DNA of 64,000 nucleotides from Planctomycetota bacterium (GTDB lineage Bacteria; Planctomycetota; UBA8108; SXIK01): NCBI GenBank assembly GCA_965223845.1, contig CBDCXR010000004.1, positions 6,240,001 to 6,304,000 of the forward strand, read 5' to 3'. Shown piece by piece: positions 63,074 to 64,000 of this stretch (position 1 is its first letter; each line of letters starts with the position of its first letter). The notes under the pieces were generated by a model. It saw only the letters and a program-made list of their open reading frames with translations, ran no database searches and was not told where the DNA came from. The position numbers and the translations under genes were made by a program.

Positions 63074-64000
63074 ATGTCACGCGGCAACCGCGAAGGCGAC
63101 GCCCCGAAGCTCGTCTTTCGTACGGGCTCGCGGCGTGGCCAGATCATCTCGCTAGAGAGTGGCGAGCTCACGATCGGGCGCGACGAGCGAAACGATCTCG
63201 TCCTCGAGGACGAGATCGTTTCGAGCTTCCACTCGCGAATCGTTCGCGATCCGAACGGGCAGTACTGGCTCGAGGATCGCGGCTCGAAGAACGGAACCTT
63301 CCTCGGCGGCGAACGCATCCAGCGCGAGCGCCTCTCCGACGGCGATCTCTTCCTCATCTGTAAGCAGGGTCCCGAGGTTCAGTACACCGAGGGTGAGCCG
63401 ACGCCGCCGTCCTTTCTCTCGAGTGCGACGTCGACATTCGTCCGGACGCGCTCTCTCGGACGAACGATTCAGCAGTTCGTGCCGGATCGTCGCGAAGCGG
63501 CCGTCAGCGCGAGCGGTGTCCGTCAGATCATCGACGCGACCTTCGAACGCGCGGCGAAGCGCGATCAGAGGATCCTGCTCTTTTGCGGTTGCGCGGCGTT
63601 CGCGGTCGGGGCGGCGATCGTCCTTTCGATCCTCTACGTCTTCGGTGGAGGTGGTGCGCCCGCGCCGCCGGGGTACGCCGGACCGCCCGTCGTCGGAGCA
63701 ACCACTCCCGTGTCCCCCGTCGCACCGGCGATGAGGATCGCGCCGGCGCCGGCGCCAGCGCGCGTTCGCCTCGCGCCGAGCCTCGAAGCGATCTACGGCA
63801 GCCTCTACTTCACCTACGATCGCCACGGAAAAGTCGGCAGCGTCACCGTCTCGAACGACGGCGCGCGTCCGCTCGTCGGCGCCCGGCTGCACTTCGAGTT
63901 CGAAGAGCGATTCGCTCACCTCCTCGTCGAGCCCTTCGAGCGCGACGTGCCCGCGATCGCTCCGGGGGATTCGGTCGAAGTGGAGATTTCTCCGAAGCTC
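63074..64000 (+). CDS. FHA-domain membrane protein; truncated by the right window edge
   Basis: Not in the ORF track. Hand translation gives LTIGRDERND...VSSFHSRI...LEDRGSKNGTF (FHA), followed by a TM segment. Confidence 0.88.
   Translation, partial: MSRGNREGDAPKLVFRTGSRRGQIISLESGELTIGRDERNDLVLEDEIVSSFHSRIVRDPNGQYWLEDRGSKNGTFLGGERIQRERLSDGDLFLICKQGPEVQYTEGEPTPPSFLSSATSTFVRTRSLGRTIQQFVPDRREAAVSASGVRQIIDATFERAAKRDQRILLFCGCAAFAVGAAIVLSILYVFGGGGAPAPPGYAGPPVVGATTPVSPVAPAMRIAPAPAPARVRLAPSLEAIYGSLYFTYDRHGKVGSVTVSNDGARPLVGARLHFEFEERFAHLLVEPFERDVPAIAPGDSVEVEISPKL

Overview
High-GC, gene-dense bacterial chromosome segment, probably from an uncultured Planctomycetota lineage (inferred from the dockerin-like C-terminal domain, FG-GAP proteins and PVC-type pilin-like proteins). 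From left to right it holds two exported proteins, a 272-bp element with 27-bp inverted repeats around (AC)n/(TC)n tracts, an ABC-PDZ-2x FG-GAP operon, acs, a 1101-aa Lpt-like protein, tatA, nine perfect parS palindromes ahead of parA-parB, TolC, and an M28 peptidase with an inserted SH3-like segment. Next come a redox-type gene run that includes a secreted glutathione peroxidase with an in-frame UGA at the catalytic site and a SECIS-like hairpin (the ORF track splits this gene), a minor-pilin cluster, a cusCBA-type operon preceded by a Cys-rich ORF ending in RAPP, and an orphan DNA methyltransferase. The right end holds a Sec-exported Rhs toxin with a possible beta-pore-forming tip and candidate immunity gene, a tandem pair of Y1/RAYT transposase elements sharing about 220 nt of non-coding 3' sequence, a nucleoside hydrolase and an FHA protein. 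I recognised no rRNA, tRNA or CRISPR-Cas. All calls come from reading motifs by eye; no searches were run.
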